Shown: in pieces, positions 25,622 to 34,488 of the stretch | How the letters are laid out: the number at the start of each line of letters is the position of its first letter | How positions within the stretch are numbered: position 1 is the stretch's first letter | Source: a virus | Taxonomy: Duplodnaviria; Caudoviricetes | Virus record (IMG/VR): IMGVR_UViG_3300035139_000065 | Span: 1-43,414 of that record | DNA: 43,414 bases | Direction: 5' to 3' (one strand) | Made by a program: the position numbers and the translations under genes | Notes under the pieces: generated by a model | Seen by the model: the letters and a program-made list of their open reading frames with translations, nothing else | Databases searched by the model: none | Told to the model about the DNA's origin: nothing

Positions 25622-27357
25622 CTTTGCTTTCCCTTCTTCCGCTTCCGCTTCACACTACGCAGCTTGATTGAAACACGATGCTTCGTCTTCGCAGCAGCGA
25701 TACGGCACGCTGCGATCTTCACGTAGTCAAGCACGTTGTCTGCGCCGATGAAATGGAAGCCCTCAATCGCGCATGCGATGCCTGTTGTTCCGCTTCCCAT
25801 GAACGGGTCGAGAACGACGCCCTTGGGTGGTGTCACCAACCTAACCAACCATTGCATCAGCTTGAGGGGCTTGACGGTTGGGTGCTTGTTGCCCTCGCCG
25901 CGCTCCCGCCTCGATGCCTTCGCGCAGTAAAAATAGCGGGACGCGCCACCAGTGTCGCCCCGATCAACGGGATACGTCGCGCGACATCCCCTCTTGAAAT
26001 CCACCGTCCCGCGCTTCGCTGACTTGGGTCGGATTCCCCCCATACGCGGTTTCACTGGCCCGGATATCCCACTCTGCTCGTCGAGTGCCCGCGCTGCGTC
26101 TTCGTCTAGCACGAGGTTCGCGGGCCAGCGGCCGGTTGTGGTTGTTCCGTCGGCTAAACTCCCCTGTTTGAAGTCGGCCGAAAACTTACGCGCCTTGTTG
26201 ACACCAACTATCTTGGGGCGAGCCGTGCATTGAACCCGACACCCGTCCACGTTGATCGCGCCCGTGCCGTGCTTCAGTAGATTTGCAGCAACGGTGCCTT
26301 CAAGGGGTTTGCGGGCAAGGATCCAATACTCAATCGCAGGCTTCAGTGCAGTCCCAAACCCTTCCCACTTCCTTGCCTGCTTCGTTGCTGAATGCGTCTT
26401 CGGCGGGCGAGGTGGTGATTGCCATCCGGTCGAAGTTTCACCTCTTGTCTTGCAGTACGGTCGATCCGCAGGGTTCTTGTTTTTGAACTTGCGTTTGCCT
26501 TCTGCGCCAAGGTGACAGTCGATTGCCTTGGATGCGTCTAACGATTTTGGAAATCCTTGCCCTGTTATATGGGCGATGCAATCTCTGATTTCCCAACCAG
26601 CTTTCTCCAAAGCGGTTGCTGTCCAATGCGATGTTCGCGGTAATGACCAAACAAGAGCATGAGACCCGGGCTTGGAAACCCGCAACATTTCCTTAGCTAC
26701 TTGAGTCATCCATGCAACAAACTCACGACGAGCAGGAGGCCCAGCACACTTGCCATGTTCCGTATATTGCCTAGACTCCATCAAGCGAGTCCTAGCATCA
26801 GCCATTTCTCGCCAGTCCTTTGGTTGGTGTCGAATCCAAGCATCTAAAGCTTCGACCCAAAATTCAAAGTCTCTAGCTTTCTTTGCACGAAGTGGCGCTG
26901 CACGAAAAACCTCAACCAGACGCAAACAATCTGCTTTGGAACTGACACAAAATCGCGCTTTCGGGTTCCCGCCTCCGGCTGGTTTCTTCTTGGATACAGC
27001 TACGGTCCCGATCCCGAGAACGCGCTTGATCTCGCGCAAGATCGGCGCATCATCACGCCGAAGCCCAATAGAGAACTGGCAATCATAAGTTTCGTAACCA
27101 CTTACATTCTTCTTGTGTACTGAAAAGCAACCTTCGCCATCTACGAACCCAGCAAACCAATTGAGAAAATCTGGAGGCGGAAAGTCACAACGAAACCGAT
27201 CCCAACTGCGGCCCATGAATGCAATACCAGCAGGCGGATCGGTCACGATTGCATCGACGCTGTTGTCGGGCAGACGCCGCATCACCCTACGACAATCGCC
27301 AAGGTACAGCAACGTCCCACGTCGCTTACGTCGCTTCGTCTTCGCCTTCTTCTTCAT
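25618..27357 (-). CDS. DNA N6-adenine/N4-cytosine methyltransferase (beta class) with an inserted LAGLIDADG domain
   Basis: SVDAIVTDPPA (motif IV), HPTVKP, VLDPFMGSGTTG (motif I); internal WFAGFVDGEGCF. Confidence 0.9.
   Translation of the reverse strand: MKKKAKTKRRKRRGTLLYLGDCRRVMRRLPDNSVDAIVTDPPAGIAFMGRSWDRFRCDFPPPDFLNWFAGFVDGEGCFSVHKKNVSGYETYDCQFSIGLRRDDAPILREIKRVLGIGTVAVSKKKPAGGGNPKARFCVSSKADCLRLVEVFRAAPLRAKKARDFEFWVEALDAWIRHQPKDWREMADARTRLMESRQYTEHGKCAGPPARREFVAWMTQVAKEMLRVSKPGSHALVWSLPRTSHWTATALEKAGWEIRDCIAHITGQGFPKSLDASKAIDCHLGAEGKRKFKNKNPADRPYCKTRGETSTGWQSPPRPPKTHSATKQARKWEGFGTALKPAIEYWILARKPLEGTVAANLLKHGTGAINVDGCRVQCTARPKIVGVNKARKFSADFKQGSLADGTTTTGRWPANLVLDEDAARALDEQSGISGPVKPRMGGIRPKSAKRGTVDFKRGCRATYPVDRGDTGGASRYFYCAKASRRERGEGNKHPTVKPLKLMQWLVRLVTPPKGVVLDPFMGSGTTGIACAIEGFHFIGADNVLDYVKIAACRIAAAKTKHRVSIKLRSVKRKRKKGKQR
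26735..27190 (-). mobile_element. In-frame single-motif LAGLIDADG homing endonuclease domain (boundaries approximate)
   Basis: FAGFVDGEGCF...FSIG...DDAPILREIKRVLGIG...PLRAKKARDFEFW, interrupting the MTase between SWD and REFVAWM. Confidence 0.85.
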
Positions 27358-27542
27358 CGTTTCACTTCAGCGCGCTCTCCCGTCCGCGTATCGAAGACGA
27401 CGATCGTGTATTCTCCGGACCAACAGATGTCAAGATGGGACGCTTCCCACCGCAGGTCACCCAAGAAGCGATCGATCTTGTAGAAGCAAACTTCGCTTTC
27501 GATGAACTTCCGGATGCGATCGACGGCTTCCCGCAAGGTCAC
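27354..27542 (-). CDS. Hypothetical protein
   Basis: GTGA/ATGA coupling on both sides. Confidence 0.5.
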   Translation of the reverse strand: MTLREAVDRIRKFIESEVCFYKIDRFLGDLRWEASHLDICWSGEYTIVVFDTRTGERAEVKR

Positions 27543-27784
27543 TTCTTCTTGTCTCCGAAGTAGCCCACCATCAACCGGCACATCTCCAACCACTCTTCCA
27601 ACGGCACCTCAACGATGACGGTATGTGGTTCTGCCTCCGTCTTGACTGGAAGCTTGATCGTCAGGGTGACATCTCCCCGAGTGGCGTGGAAATCCGGAAT
27701 CCACTCGCAATGTGGATCCGCATTGAAATCGACCTTGATGCTAGCACCGGGCCTTCCCGTCCCGATGTCCAACGTTGCCTTCAT
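27539..27784 (-). CDS. Hypothetical protein, probable paralogue of 32556-32786
   Basis: ATGA coupling; shares G..L.IK...VP...EM.R pattern with the other gene. Confidence 0.6.
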   Translation of the reverse strand: MKATLDIGTGRPGASIKVDFNADPHCEWIPDFHATRGDVTLTIKLPVKTEAEPHTVIVEVPLEEWLEMCRLMVGYFGDKKK

Positions 27785-28143
27785 GGCTTCTTCTCCTTGA
27801 GGGGATGCGCTGCAATCCAAGCATCAACCTCCGCTACCGTCTGCAACACGGCTCCATCCGGGCAACCCCCTGCCTGCCAAGCTGCATCGTCATCGTAGAG
27901 ATTGATGGGGTTGTGATAGGCACGATACTTGTCCGACCACTCGAAGGGATGGCCAAGCCTCTTCCACCGTTGCTCGTTGGTTTCAGAAGTCGGCTGGGTG
28001 ATCACTCCCTCCGGCAACCCCTCCTCGTAAACTCGTCCCAACATGTACTCCGCGCATTCGAGGATGCGATCGGCGTCGTCACCTTCCCACCTCTCGACTC
28101 TGCCGTCTGCATAGACCGCCCGCAGTTCGATACAACTTGCCAT
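27781..28143 (-). CDS. Hypothetical protein
   Basis: 120 aa with RBS. Confidence 0.6.
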   Translation of the reverse strand: MASCIELRAVYADGRVERWEGDDADRILECAEYMLGRVYEEGLPEGVITQPTSETNEQRWKRLGHPFEWSDKYRAYHNPINLYDDDAAWQAGGCPDGAVLQTVAEVDAWIAAHPLKEKKP

Positions 28144-28155
28144 CTCCCTTGCCTC

Positions 28156-28386
28156 CTAGGCGGGCTGGATCTCCCGCGTATGAACCCAAAGCAATCTAGT
28201 CAGCTTCCCGTCAACGGCTCCGCGACGGACAGCCTTCGGGAACGACAGCAACACCGGATACACCGCATCACGGTAGTCGATGCTCTTGACGGTTGCAATC
28301 AGTCCCTTGCAACCGGGAACCTCGTCGAGGGTTGCTTTCTTGGTGACGCGAACTTTCATTCCGACTTGGCAGTCACGTTGGCGCAT
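28156..28386 (-). CDS. Small SH3/KOW-like protein, probable paralogue of 32294-32536
   Basis: VGMKVRV...YPV...EI beta-barrel pattern. Confidence 0.6.
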   Translation of the reverse strand: MRQRDCQVGMKVRVTKKATLDEVPGCKGLIATVKSIDYRDAVYPVLLSFPKAVRRGAVDGKLTRLLWVHTREIQPA

Positions 28387-28673
28387 CACTTCCCCCAACT
28401 CTCCCCGCACCCGCGCCAATCCAACCGCACAACCGGGCGCGCTGTTGCGTCGCTGTGCTTCCTGTCTCGCAGCGGATATGCCTTCCGACAGCAGAAACCT
28501 TCATGCGCATTCAACCCGGGTTGCTGTGCGTCGTCGCAATACCAGCACGTCCCGCACGTTCTTGCTCGCGGTGGACGGTGCGCGATCTTGTCGATGGCAA
28601 TACCAATGCAGACGATGAGAACGACGATCATCGTAAGCAACATCACCACAAGCCAAGGTGTTGATGTCATCAT
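28386..28673 (-). CDS. Membrane-anchored Cys-rich protein
   Basis: N-terminal TM helix and a CxxCxxC...CC motif. Confidence 0.55.
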   Translation of the reverse strand: MMTSTPWLVVMLLTMIVVLIVCIGIAIDKIAHRPPRARTCGTCWYCDDAQQPGLNAHEGFCCRKAYPLRDRKHSDATARPVVRLDWRGCGESWGK

Positions 28674-28903
28674 CACTCCACCTCGCACACCGCGCACTTG
28701 AACTGCGGAGGTCCTTGCAATCCAAGCTGCTTCATCTCTTCCCGCAGAACCATATGCCCGCAACAGGCACATCGCCAACCAGCACCACCGACATTGTAGA
28801 TTTCAGGCAACCACTCTGGTTTGCGATCCTTCGGGTAGCCCTTGTGTTTCTCGGGCGCATACAACCCAAGCAACACGACCCCGCTTTGCATTGGAAGTGT
28901 CAT
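28673..28903 (-). CDS. Zn-ribbon protein
   Basis: CACCG...CAVC. Confidence 0.55.
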   Translation of the reverse strand: MTLPMQSGVVLLGLYAPEKHKGYPKDRKPEWLPEIYNVGGAGWRCACCGHMVLREEMKQLGLQGPPQFKCAVCEVE

Positions 28904-29130
28904 CGCTCCACCTCACTCAGCATCCCAACTCCGAAGCGTTGGGGCGACGTCTCCCCGTCCAACAGCACGCGGACAACGACGTTGCGAACACTGGTTCGCT
29001 TCTTGCCTTGCGTTAGGTATTGGTTTCGGCCGGGCGAGTTCTCAACGATGGTCCCGAACTTCCCGATCTGCTCGCCCTGGACAACAACCACCCGGCGACC
29101 TTGCGTTGCGCGTTGGACGGTGAGGCGCAT
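28900..29130 (-). CDS. KOW-motif protein
   Basis: GRRVVVVQGEQIGKFGTIV. Confidence 0.6.
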   Translation of the reverse strand: MRLTVQRATQGRRVVVVQGEQIGKFGTIVENSPGRNQYLTQGKKRTSVRNVVVRVLLDGETSPQRFGVGMLSEVER

Positions 29131-29510
29131 CACTTCTTCCGATGGTCGCGGCAATCCCACGGCGGTCCGTTGTTGAACATCGCCTCAGACATCCCACGGG
29201 GCCACCACTTGCACCTTCCGTCTGGATCCTCTAGCTCCCGCGTCACGCACGTTTGACACTGCTTCTCGGGCTGCGGCTCCGCAAGCGCGGCGCGGAGGGC
29301 ACCAGCATACGAAGCCGCACGCTCTTCTCCCGGTTCGCACAACCCCAAGGAGAACGAGAGGTAGACGCGCCCGTAGGGCCACTCGACATGGACCTGGTTG
29401 ATATTGCCGTCAGGCGAGAAGACGCTCTGGTGCTTCCCGTAGATCTCTTCCAGCGCCCTGACCGCCTTCTCTCCGTTGGCGAGCCACTTGGAATCGACGT
29501 TCTTACTCAT
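29130..29510 (-). CDS. Hypothetical protein with C-terminal Cys cluster
   Basis: Coupled ORF; CQTC...C...C. Confidence 0.55.
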   Translation of the reverse strand: MSKNVDSKWLANGEKAVRALEEIYGKHQSVFSPDGNINQVHVEWPYGRVYLSFSLGLCEPGEERAASYAGALRAALAEPQPEKQCQTCVTRELEDPDGRCKWWPRGMSEAMFNNGPPWDCRDHRKK

Positions 29511-29734
29511 CGCTTCTTCCTCCGAGGTGGTTGCTTGCCAGACAAAGCAGCTTCAATCTCACCAGCCAAGCTATCTGCATCCGCAATCCCAACAAGGTTA
29601 CCATCTGTATCATACAAGAAACGCTCCGTCTTCCACTTCCGCAGCCACTTCTGCAACCTTGCCTCGCTCTTGGCGCACGGAGGCATCTTCTCGCACGGCA
29701 TCCGACAACCTTCCAACTCGCACTTCGATGTCAT
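29507..29734 (-). CDS. Hypothetical protein
   Basis: ATGA-coupled ORF. Confidence 0.5.
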   Translation of the reverse strand: MTSKCELEGCRMPCEKMPPCAKSEARLQKWLRKWKTERFLYDTDGNLVGIADADSLAGEIEAALSGKQPPRRKKR

Positions 29735-30093
29735 GGCTTGCTCCCTTCATCCGTGGTGGGTTGGTCCGTTGCCTTCCGCTCCTTCTCCGCTTCCTCCTGC
29801 CGTTTCTTCCACTCCTCTTCAATCTCTAGCTTGTTGTCTTCTGCTTCGGCAACGTCCAGCCCGTACTTGTTGGCGCTGAACTGCATGACGTAACAGCAAG
29901 CCTCACACGTCATGATCAACACCTTCAACGCGCGAGTCCAACCTATGAACCCAATGCCGCCGCAAGGCACGGTTCCAAGCTCGCCCAAGTAAGCCATCTT
30001 GCCGCCACACACCGGGCACTTGCCGTTGGTGTGGTCTTGAGCGATCTTGTTCGCTGCTTCGTGGATTGCTTTTCTCAGATGCTCGCCCATCAC
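29731..30093 (-). CDS. Zn-ribbon protein
   Basis: CPVCG...CEACC. Confidence 0.6.
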   Translation of the reverse strand: MMGEHLRKAIHEAANKIAQDHTNGKCPVCGGKMAYLGELGTVPCGGIGFIGWTRALKVLIMTCEACCYVMQFSANKYGLDVAEAEDNKLEIEEEWKKRQEEAEKERKATDQPTTDEGSKP

Positions 30094-30413
30094 TTCACCT
30101 CATCCGGAACACGGGACGGCGGTTTGCTTTCGTCTGACGGCAACGGTGGAGCAAGCCTCTTCACCTTGCGCTCAAGCACCTTCTTCATCAACGTAAGCTG
30201 TCGCTCGTCGACCCCTTCCAACGGTCGGAAAGCAATCTCAACCGGGATGCCGAACACTGTTAGCTCATTGGTGATGGTGATGTATCGCTCCGTCGCGGGA
30301 GAGTCGGACCGTGAGTTTGGAGGCGGTGGTGGTTCATGCCGCTGGCTCGGTGGCGTTGGATCGCTTGCTGGCTTCAGCGGTTCATATCCGCCCTTCTTGG
30401 TGATCGCCATCAC
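30090..30413 (-). CDS. Pro-rich hypothetical protein
   Basis: Coupled ORF with RBS. Confidence 0.55.
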   Translation of the reverse strand: MMAITKKGGYEPLKPASDPTPPSQRHEPPPPPNSRSDSPATERYITITNELTVFGIPVEIAFRPLEGVDERQLTLMKKVLERKVKRLAPPLPSDESKPPSRVPDEVK

Positions 30414-30625
30414 TCCCCCCTATCGTGCGGCATCAAATAGACGTCGCGCGCTCCGACAGGGCGATCGAAGTAGGCATCGATCGCCGCACGAACAACAGCA
30501 GCAACCGGGCAAGGCTCCACGCAGCGATACTCATCCACGCGAGCCGCTTCCGCACGTAGACGCATGGCTGTTTCCCCACTTACAGTGACGGTCAGTCAGT
30601 GCGGTTCCTGAATCTTGTTTGTCAT
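30410..30625 (-). pseudogene. Ribbon-helix-helix-like gene interrupted by an in-frame TGA at codon 10
   Basis: MTNKIQEPH*LTVTVSGETAMRLRAEAARVDEYRCVEPCPVAAVVRAAIDAYFD...; TGA at 30596-30598; fills the gap between two neighbours exactly. Confidence 0.6.
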
Positions 30626-30629
30626 CACG

Positions 30630-30905
30630 TCACCCCTTCAACGCCGCTTCCAACTCCCAAGCAACGGCGCAAAGGACGTTGTCGACCGCAACTTCATTCG
30701 GCAGCAACACAACAGCAACACGCTTGCCTGTATTGCCGCTCTTCTTGAGGTAGTAGATCTTCCCTTCCCATCCGCCAACAGCCGGAAACAGGAATGCGAT
30801 GTGGCTCTTCGACTTCCGCTGGAAGTTGGTCGTCCCTTCCATACGCCTCCACACCGTCCAACCCTCGGGCCAATCGGAGTGCAGCTTCAACGTATCGACC
30901 ATCAC
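30630..30905 (-). CDS. Hypothetical protein
   Basis: Coupled ORF, 91 aa. Confidence 0.55.
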   Translation of the reverse strand: MMVDTLKLHSDWPEGWTVWRRMEGTTNFQRKSKSHIAFLFPAVGGWEGKIYYLKKSGNTGKRVAVVLLPNEVAVDNVLCAVAWELEAALKG

Positions 30906-31222
30906 CCACCCCTCTCCCTCTTCAACGCCTTTTTCACAGCAGCAAGAAGATCGGCGTTGCCTGCTGCTTCCTTTGCCTCCTCATCGTCATAGGGATGCTC
31001 GGCCGCTTCTTTCATCGCGTCTTCGACCGATTGCGCGCCGTATTCTCCCCCGGAGGTGCCACACGGCGCATCCAACACCTTCCGAAGCAACCTTTTCACC
31101 TTCAGGAGTTTCCTTCGCTCCCTACGGACCGCCATCGTGACCAGTTCGGATGTCGTCTTGATATTCCCCACGGCAGCACCTCCAACACCATAGACTAGAG
31201 CATATGGTACAAGAGACAGCAA
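30902..31222 (-). CDS. Hypothetical protein (start uncertain)
   Basis: ORF in operon order. Confidence 0.45.
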   Translation of the reverse strand: MLSLVPYALVYGVGGAAVGNIKTTSELVTMAVRRERRKLLKVKRLLRKVLDAPCGTSGGEYGAQSVEDAMKEAAEHPYDDEEAKEAAGNADLLAAVKKALKRERGG

Positions 31223-31275
31223 GGTGGAAGCTACGTTGTTAGGTGGGGAAGGTGGGAGCGTCCTCTAGGGCTTGA

Positions 31276-31482
31276 CTAGCGGGCCAACACCCGCTGCCGG
31301 ACAACGGCCGCCGTTAGGGTTGGTGACTCCCAACTCGGCGGAACACGCAACAGCCCCGGCCCGATGCGGAGTTCCCGGGATCCATTCCACCCGCACAGGC
31401 ACCCACCACCGGGATGCACCATTGGTCGTGCATGATAGGAAGGGATTTCCTGTCCCCGCTGTTGCTTCACGTACCCCATCAT
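31276..31482 (-). CDS. Hypothetical protein
   Basis: GGAG RBS; CLCGW motif. Confidence 0.4.
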   Translation of the reverse strand: MMGYVKQQRGQEIPSYHARPMVHPGGGCLCGWNGSRELRIGPGLLRVPPSWESPTLTAAVVRQRVLAR

Positions 31483-31530
31483 CGCTCCCTGCTCCCGTCG
31501 CTGAGTCTCCCACGACGAGAGCACCCTATA

Positions 31531-31935
31531 CTAGGAAGCGATGTTGCTTCCAGAAAGGAACTCCGCGATCTGCTTCTCCCACTCCTCTCTGCTCTTCGGC
31601 AACCAATCCGGAATGCCTGCTTCAACTTCCTTCGCGGTTCGTTCCTGCCCCCACCCAAGTTCGATGTACGGCCCACGATCCCCTACGATTGCCATACAGT
31701 GAAAGCAAGCCTCCGACTCCCACGACGTTTCGAGACCGTAGAAAGACAAGATACGAACCGTCGTTGGTTCCTTCCCGCAAGCGCACTTCGCCCACGAATC
31801 AGCCGTGTGCCTCACCTTCCACGCTTCATCGACGGTTCTGTGGATTCGGGAGTCGACGGTGTCGCTACTGCCGTGGTAGACCGTGCACCCTGCTACCTTC
31901 TCTCCAACCAAAACCAACGCCGTTGTGTCGCTCAT
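31531..31935 (-). CDS. Hypothetical Cys-containing protein
   Basis: ATGA coupling; CAC...CFHC. Confidence 0.55.
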   Translation of the reverse strand: MSDTTALVLVGEKVAGCTVYHGSSDTVDSRIHRTVDEAWKVRHTADSWAKCACGKEPTTVRILSFYGLETSWESEACFHCMAIVGDRGPYIELGWGQERTAKEVEAGIPDWLPKSREEWEKQIAEFLSGSNIAS

Positions 31936-32147
31936 CGCTTCCCCTCCAACGCCTCATCGAGCAAGCAGGAACGACAAAGCACCCTACCGATCTTCTCGGT
32001 CTGATATGAGATACGCCGCTTGCGACACTTGGCGCACGTCCGGCGTCCTACTCGCGGAGACACAGCCAACGCCTGCAACATCCGATCCCAATCCTGCCCG
32101 ACTTCCTTAGCGATGGTTTCGACAAGTTGCTTTTCAACGTCGTTCAT
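31932..32147 (-). CDS. Zn-finger protein
   Basis: CAKC...LCRSC. Confidence 0.55.
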   Translation of the reverse strand: MNDVEKQLVETIAKEVGQDWDRMLQALAVSPRVGRRTCAKCRKRRISYQTEKIGRVLCRSCLLDEALEGKR

Positions 32148-32159
32148 CGCTCCCACCTC

Positions 32160-32297
32160 CTAGTGCGGCGTGTTGGTATGTTCCTTGCGCCACTTCTCTA
32201 ACTCGGCAACCCTTTTCTTGAGAACACCTTCTGCCATGAATGTTGCAATGTGCAACCCAAGCAACAACCACAGCAGAATGATCCCAGCTATGATCAT
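32160..32297 (-). CDS. 45-aa membrane protein (below the ORF track cut-off)
   Basis: MIIAGIILLWLLLGLHIATFMAEGVLKKRVAELEKWRKEHTNTPH; GGAGG RBS and ATGA overlap. Confidence 0.6.
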   Translation of the reverse strand: MIIAGIILLWLLLGLHIATFMAEGVLKKRVAELEKWRKEHTNTPH

Positions 32298-32536
32298 CCC
32301 CTCACCTCCTCCAACTCATCGAGCCGGAAGAAGCCGAAGCGCTTGTCTCCGCACGTACCCTCGAAAACAACACCGGGAGATTCCACTTGAACGGGGTATC
32401 CTCTCTCAGCGTATTCCACACGCCAAGCAACGACCTCCAGAATCTTGTCCTTGGCTGAAGGGTAGATCCTCAAGGCTTCCTTCGCATCCGAACGGACACG
32501 AACCTTCACACCCTTCTTGATGTCGTCTTGGTGCAT
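32294..32536 (-). CDS. Small SH3/KOW-like protein
   Basis: KGVKVRV...YPVQV...FRLDELE. Confidence 0.6.
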   Translation of the reverse strand: MHQDDIKKGVKVRVRSDAKEALRIYPSAKDKILEVVAWRVEYAERGYPVQVESPGVVFEGTCGDKRFGFFRLDELEEVRG

Positions 32537-32555
32537 TACTCACCCCTCCAACGGT

Positions 32556-32786
32556 CTACTCATCATCGGGCTTGGGCAGAAGCAAGACAACCGACCGCGC
32601 CATCTCCACGAAGTCAGCGACGGGAACGGCGATGGACGTTTCCTTGCCGTCTGCTTTGATAGCCAGTGACATGTAGCCATCAATCACGCCCTCCCCCATT
32701 CCTGCTGAATCGGGCAACGTCTCATAGGATGCTTCGAAGGTCGGGCTGCCTTCCTTGTTGTGTCCTACGTGGAACGTGGTACGCAT
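32556..32786 (-). CDS. Hypothetical protein
   Basis: AAGGAG RBS; similar to 27539-27784. Confidence 0.6.
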   Translation of the reverse strand: MRTTFHVGHNKEGSPTFEASYETLPDSAGMGEGVIDGYMSLAIKADGKETSIAVPVADFVEMARSVVLLLPKPDDE

Positions 32787-32810
32787 GGTGTGTTCTCCTT
32801 TCACGATAGA

Positions 32811-33215
32811 CTAGCGAACCAACGCACCCAACTCATCGAACATCTCAACCAACCGCTCCGCAGAGAAGCCGGGAAGGTGCCCCTCGAAGTGCATTCCGAA
32901 CGTCCTCACTCCACCGGGCACGAATGACAGCAAGGCAATACCCTCAGCGAGAGCGTTGAACGCCTTCGCCGTCTCCCCCTTCACCTTGAACTGAATCACG
33001 TCGCCCTTCTCCGCTACGATCTGCGCGCACCGCCTCGTCTCCTCAACCACCCTATCCGTCGTCCACGCCTCCTTGACTATCTTGTCCTGCCACATCGGAA
33101 CGGCGAGCGACAGCGTATCGCACAGAAGACCCCTCACCCTTTCGACGTGCTCTTGCTCCCGCGTCTTGACGATGGGGCTTTCGGTTGCTTTCCGCCTTTT
33201 GCCTTTGACGCCCAT
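32811..33215 (-). CDS. Hypothetical protein
   Basis: 134 aa; AFNALAEGIALLSFVPGGVRTFGMHF looks like a conserved phage family. Confidence 0.65.
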   Translation of the reverse strand: MGVKGKRRKATESPIVKTREQEHVERVRGLLCDTLSLAVPMWQDKIVKEAWTTDRVVEETRRCAQIVAEKGDVIQFKVKGETAKAFNALAEGIALLSFVPGGVRTFGMHFEGHLPGFSAERLVEMFDELGALVR

Positions 33216-33583
33216 ACCACTATCCTTCCCCTGAACGCCGGAAGCCTCTTGAGAATGTGGAGAGCACGGGCGAACGGCATCCGGGAGCTTGCTTTTCCCT
33301 CCAACCCCTGCGCATTGAACCTCTCGTTCCCCTCTATCTCCATCGTCTTCGGCTTCACGGAACCGAAGTCCGTGAGCATCAACGTCAGAGCAACGTTCCT
33401 AACAAGCTCTCCCAACGGGTACTCCAGCCACACCTTCCTTCCGTACCAAGGGATCTTGATCGGCTGCTTCTTGGGTTTGGGCGTTCGCTGTAGCTCCTTC
33501 TCCAACACGCCCAACCACCTCTCCGCTTGGTGTTGCTGGATCACCCGGGGAAGGCCGTGGCGCTTGGCTACCTTGATGTTCAT
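33134..33583 (-). CDS. Hypothetical protein
   Basis: GAGG RBS before MNIKVAK. Confidence 0.5.
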   Translation of the reverse strand: MNIKVAKRHGLPRVIQQHQAERWLGVLEKELQRTPKPKKQPIKIPWYGRKVWLEYPLGELVRNVALTLMLTDFGSVKPKTMEIEGNERFNAQGLEGKASSRMPFARALHILKRLPAFRGRIVVWASKAKGGKQPKAPSSRRGSKSTSKG

Positions 33584-33621
33584 CCGCGCACCTCTCCCAA
33601 ACAGCCTAGAAGGTATTCCCG

Positions 33622-34488
33622 TCAATTCCCCTTGCCACGTTGCTCTTCGTTGCCCGGAAGGATGACCCGCACCGGCTCACCGACCTCCTTCTCCACGGCA
33701 GAAGCCATCCCCTGAAGAGAAGATTCGACCAAAGCGCCGTGGGCTTGTTCGACCGCCTCTGCCGCCTTCTTGTCTTCCTCCGACAACGGAGGCAGCGAAG
33801 CAAAGCACTTCTCGAACATATCCTCCAACTCTCCGCGGCTGACCTGCCGGTTGACGGACATGCTTCGCCCGATGTACTTGTACCATGAGATCTCAACATC
33901 ACCGCAACGGAAGTTGGGAAGGGCCAATCGGCAATCATCCTTGCATCGGTGAGCCCGCGCAAACTCTTCATACCTCGCCCTCTGACCGCAATCGCACAGA
34001 TCAAACACCTGTCCCAACCACCCTTGCTCACCAACAGGAACCATGTGCGGAAACCTAGCGCGCAATTCCTCCACGAAAGCAGCTTCAGCCTTCTCCCGGG
34101 GAGAGCCGGTAATGAGCCCTTCCTTCATCCCCTTCGTTTCCCTGATCTCCTCCATCTTAGAAGAGACGTAATGGTAAACACAACCGGGAGGGTGGGGGTT
34201 GGCTTGCTCCCAAGCAACCACCTGCCCCTCCATTCCGCAAGTGCAATCGCCCCACCAATACGGGTGCATCTCGAACACATCGTTGGTGTAGTCCTGCCCG
34301 TATCCCCACGTCCCTCCAAGAAGGCCGTGAGATTGGTTCGTGGGGTTCCTGAGACCCAGAGCCTCCGAAAGAGCATACAGCCGATTGCTCACGTAGCGTT
34401 CATGCTCTCCCAGATCCAATTCCTGGGGCTCAACGTTGTTGTGGAGGTGCTGTCCGAACTCCGGTTCGTGTTCCTTCTGCTTGGTCAT
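33622..34488 (-). CDS. Conserved-looking hypothetical phage protein with Cys/His ligands
   Basis: FEMHPYWWGDCTC...CDCG...PNF...WYKYIGRSM. Confidence 0.7.
   Translation of the reverse strand: MTKQKEHEPEFGQHLHNNVEPQELDLGEHERYVSNRLYALSEALGLRNPTNQSHGLLGGTWGYGQDYTNDVFEMHPYWWGDCTCGMEGQVVAWEQANPHPPGCVYHYVSSKMEEIRETKGMKEGLITGSPREKAEAAFVEELRARFPHMVPVGEQGWLGQVFDLCDCGQRARYEEFARAHRCKDDCRLALPNFRCGDVEISWYKYIGRSMSVNRQVSRGELEDMFEKCFASLPPLSEEDKKAAEAVEQAHGALVESSLQGMASAVEKEVGEPVRVILPGNEEQRGKGN

Noticed and set aside
26735-27190. Intein or group I intron around the LAGLIDADG domain
   Set aside because: No terminal His-Asn plus nucleophile, no intein blocks and no non-coding ribozyme sequence. Kept as an unspliced insertion instead.
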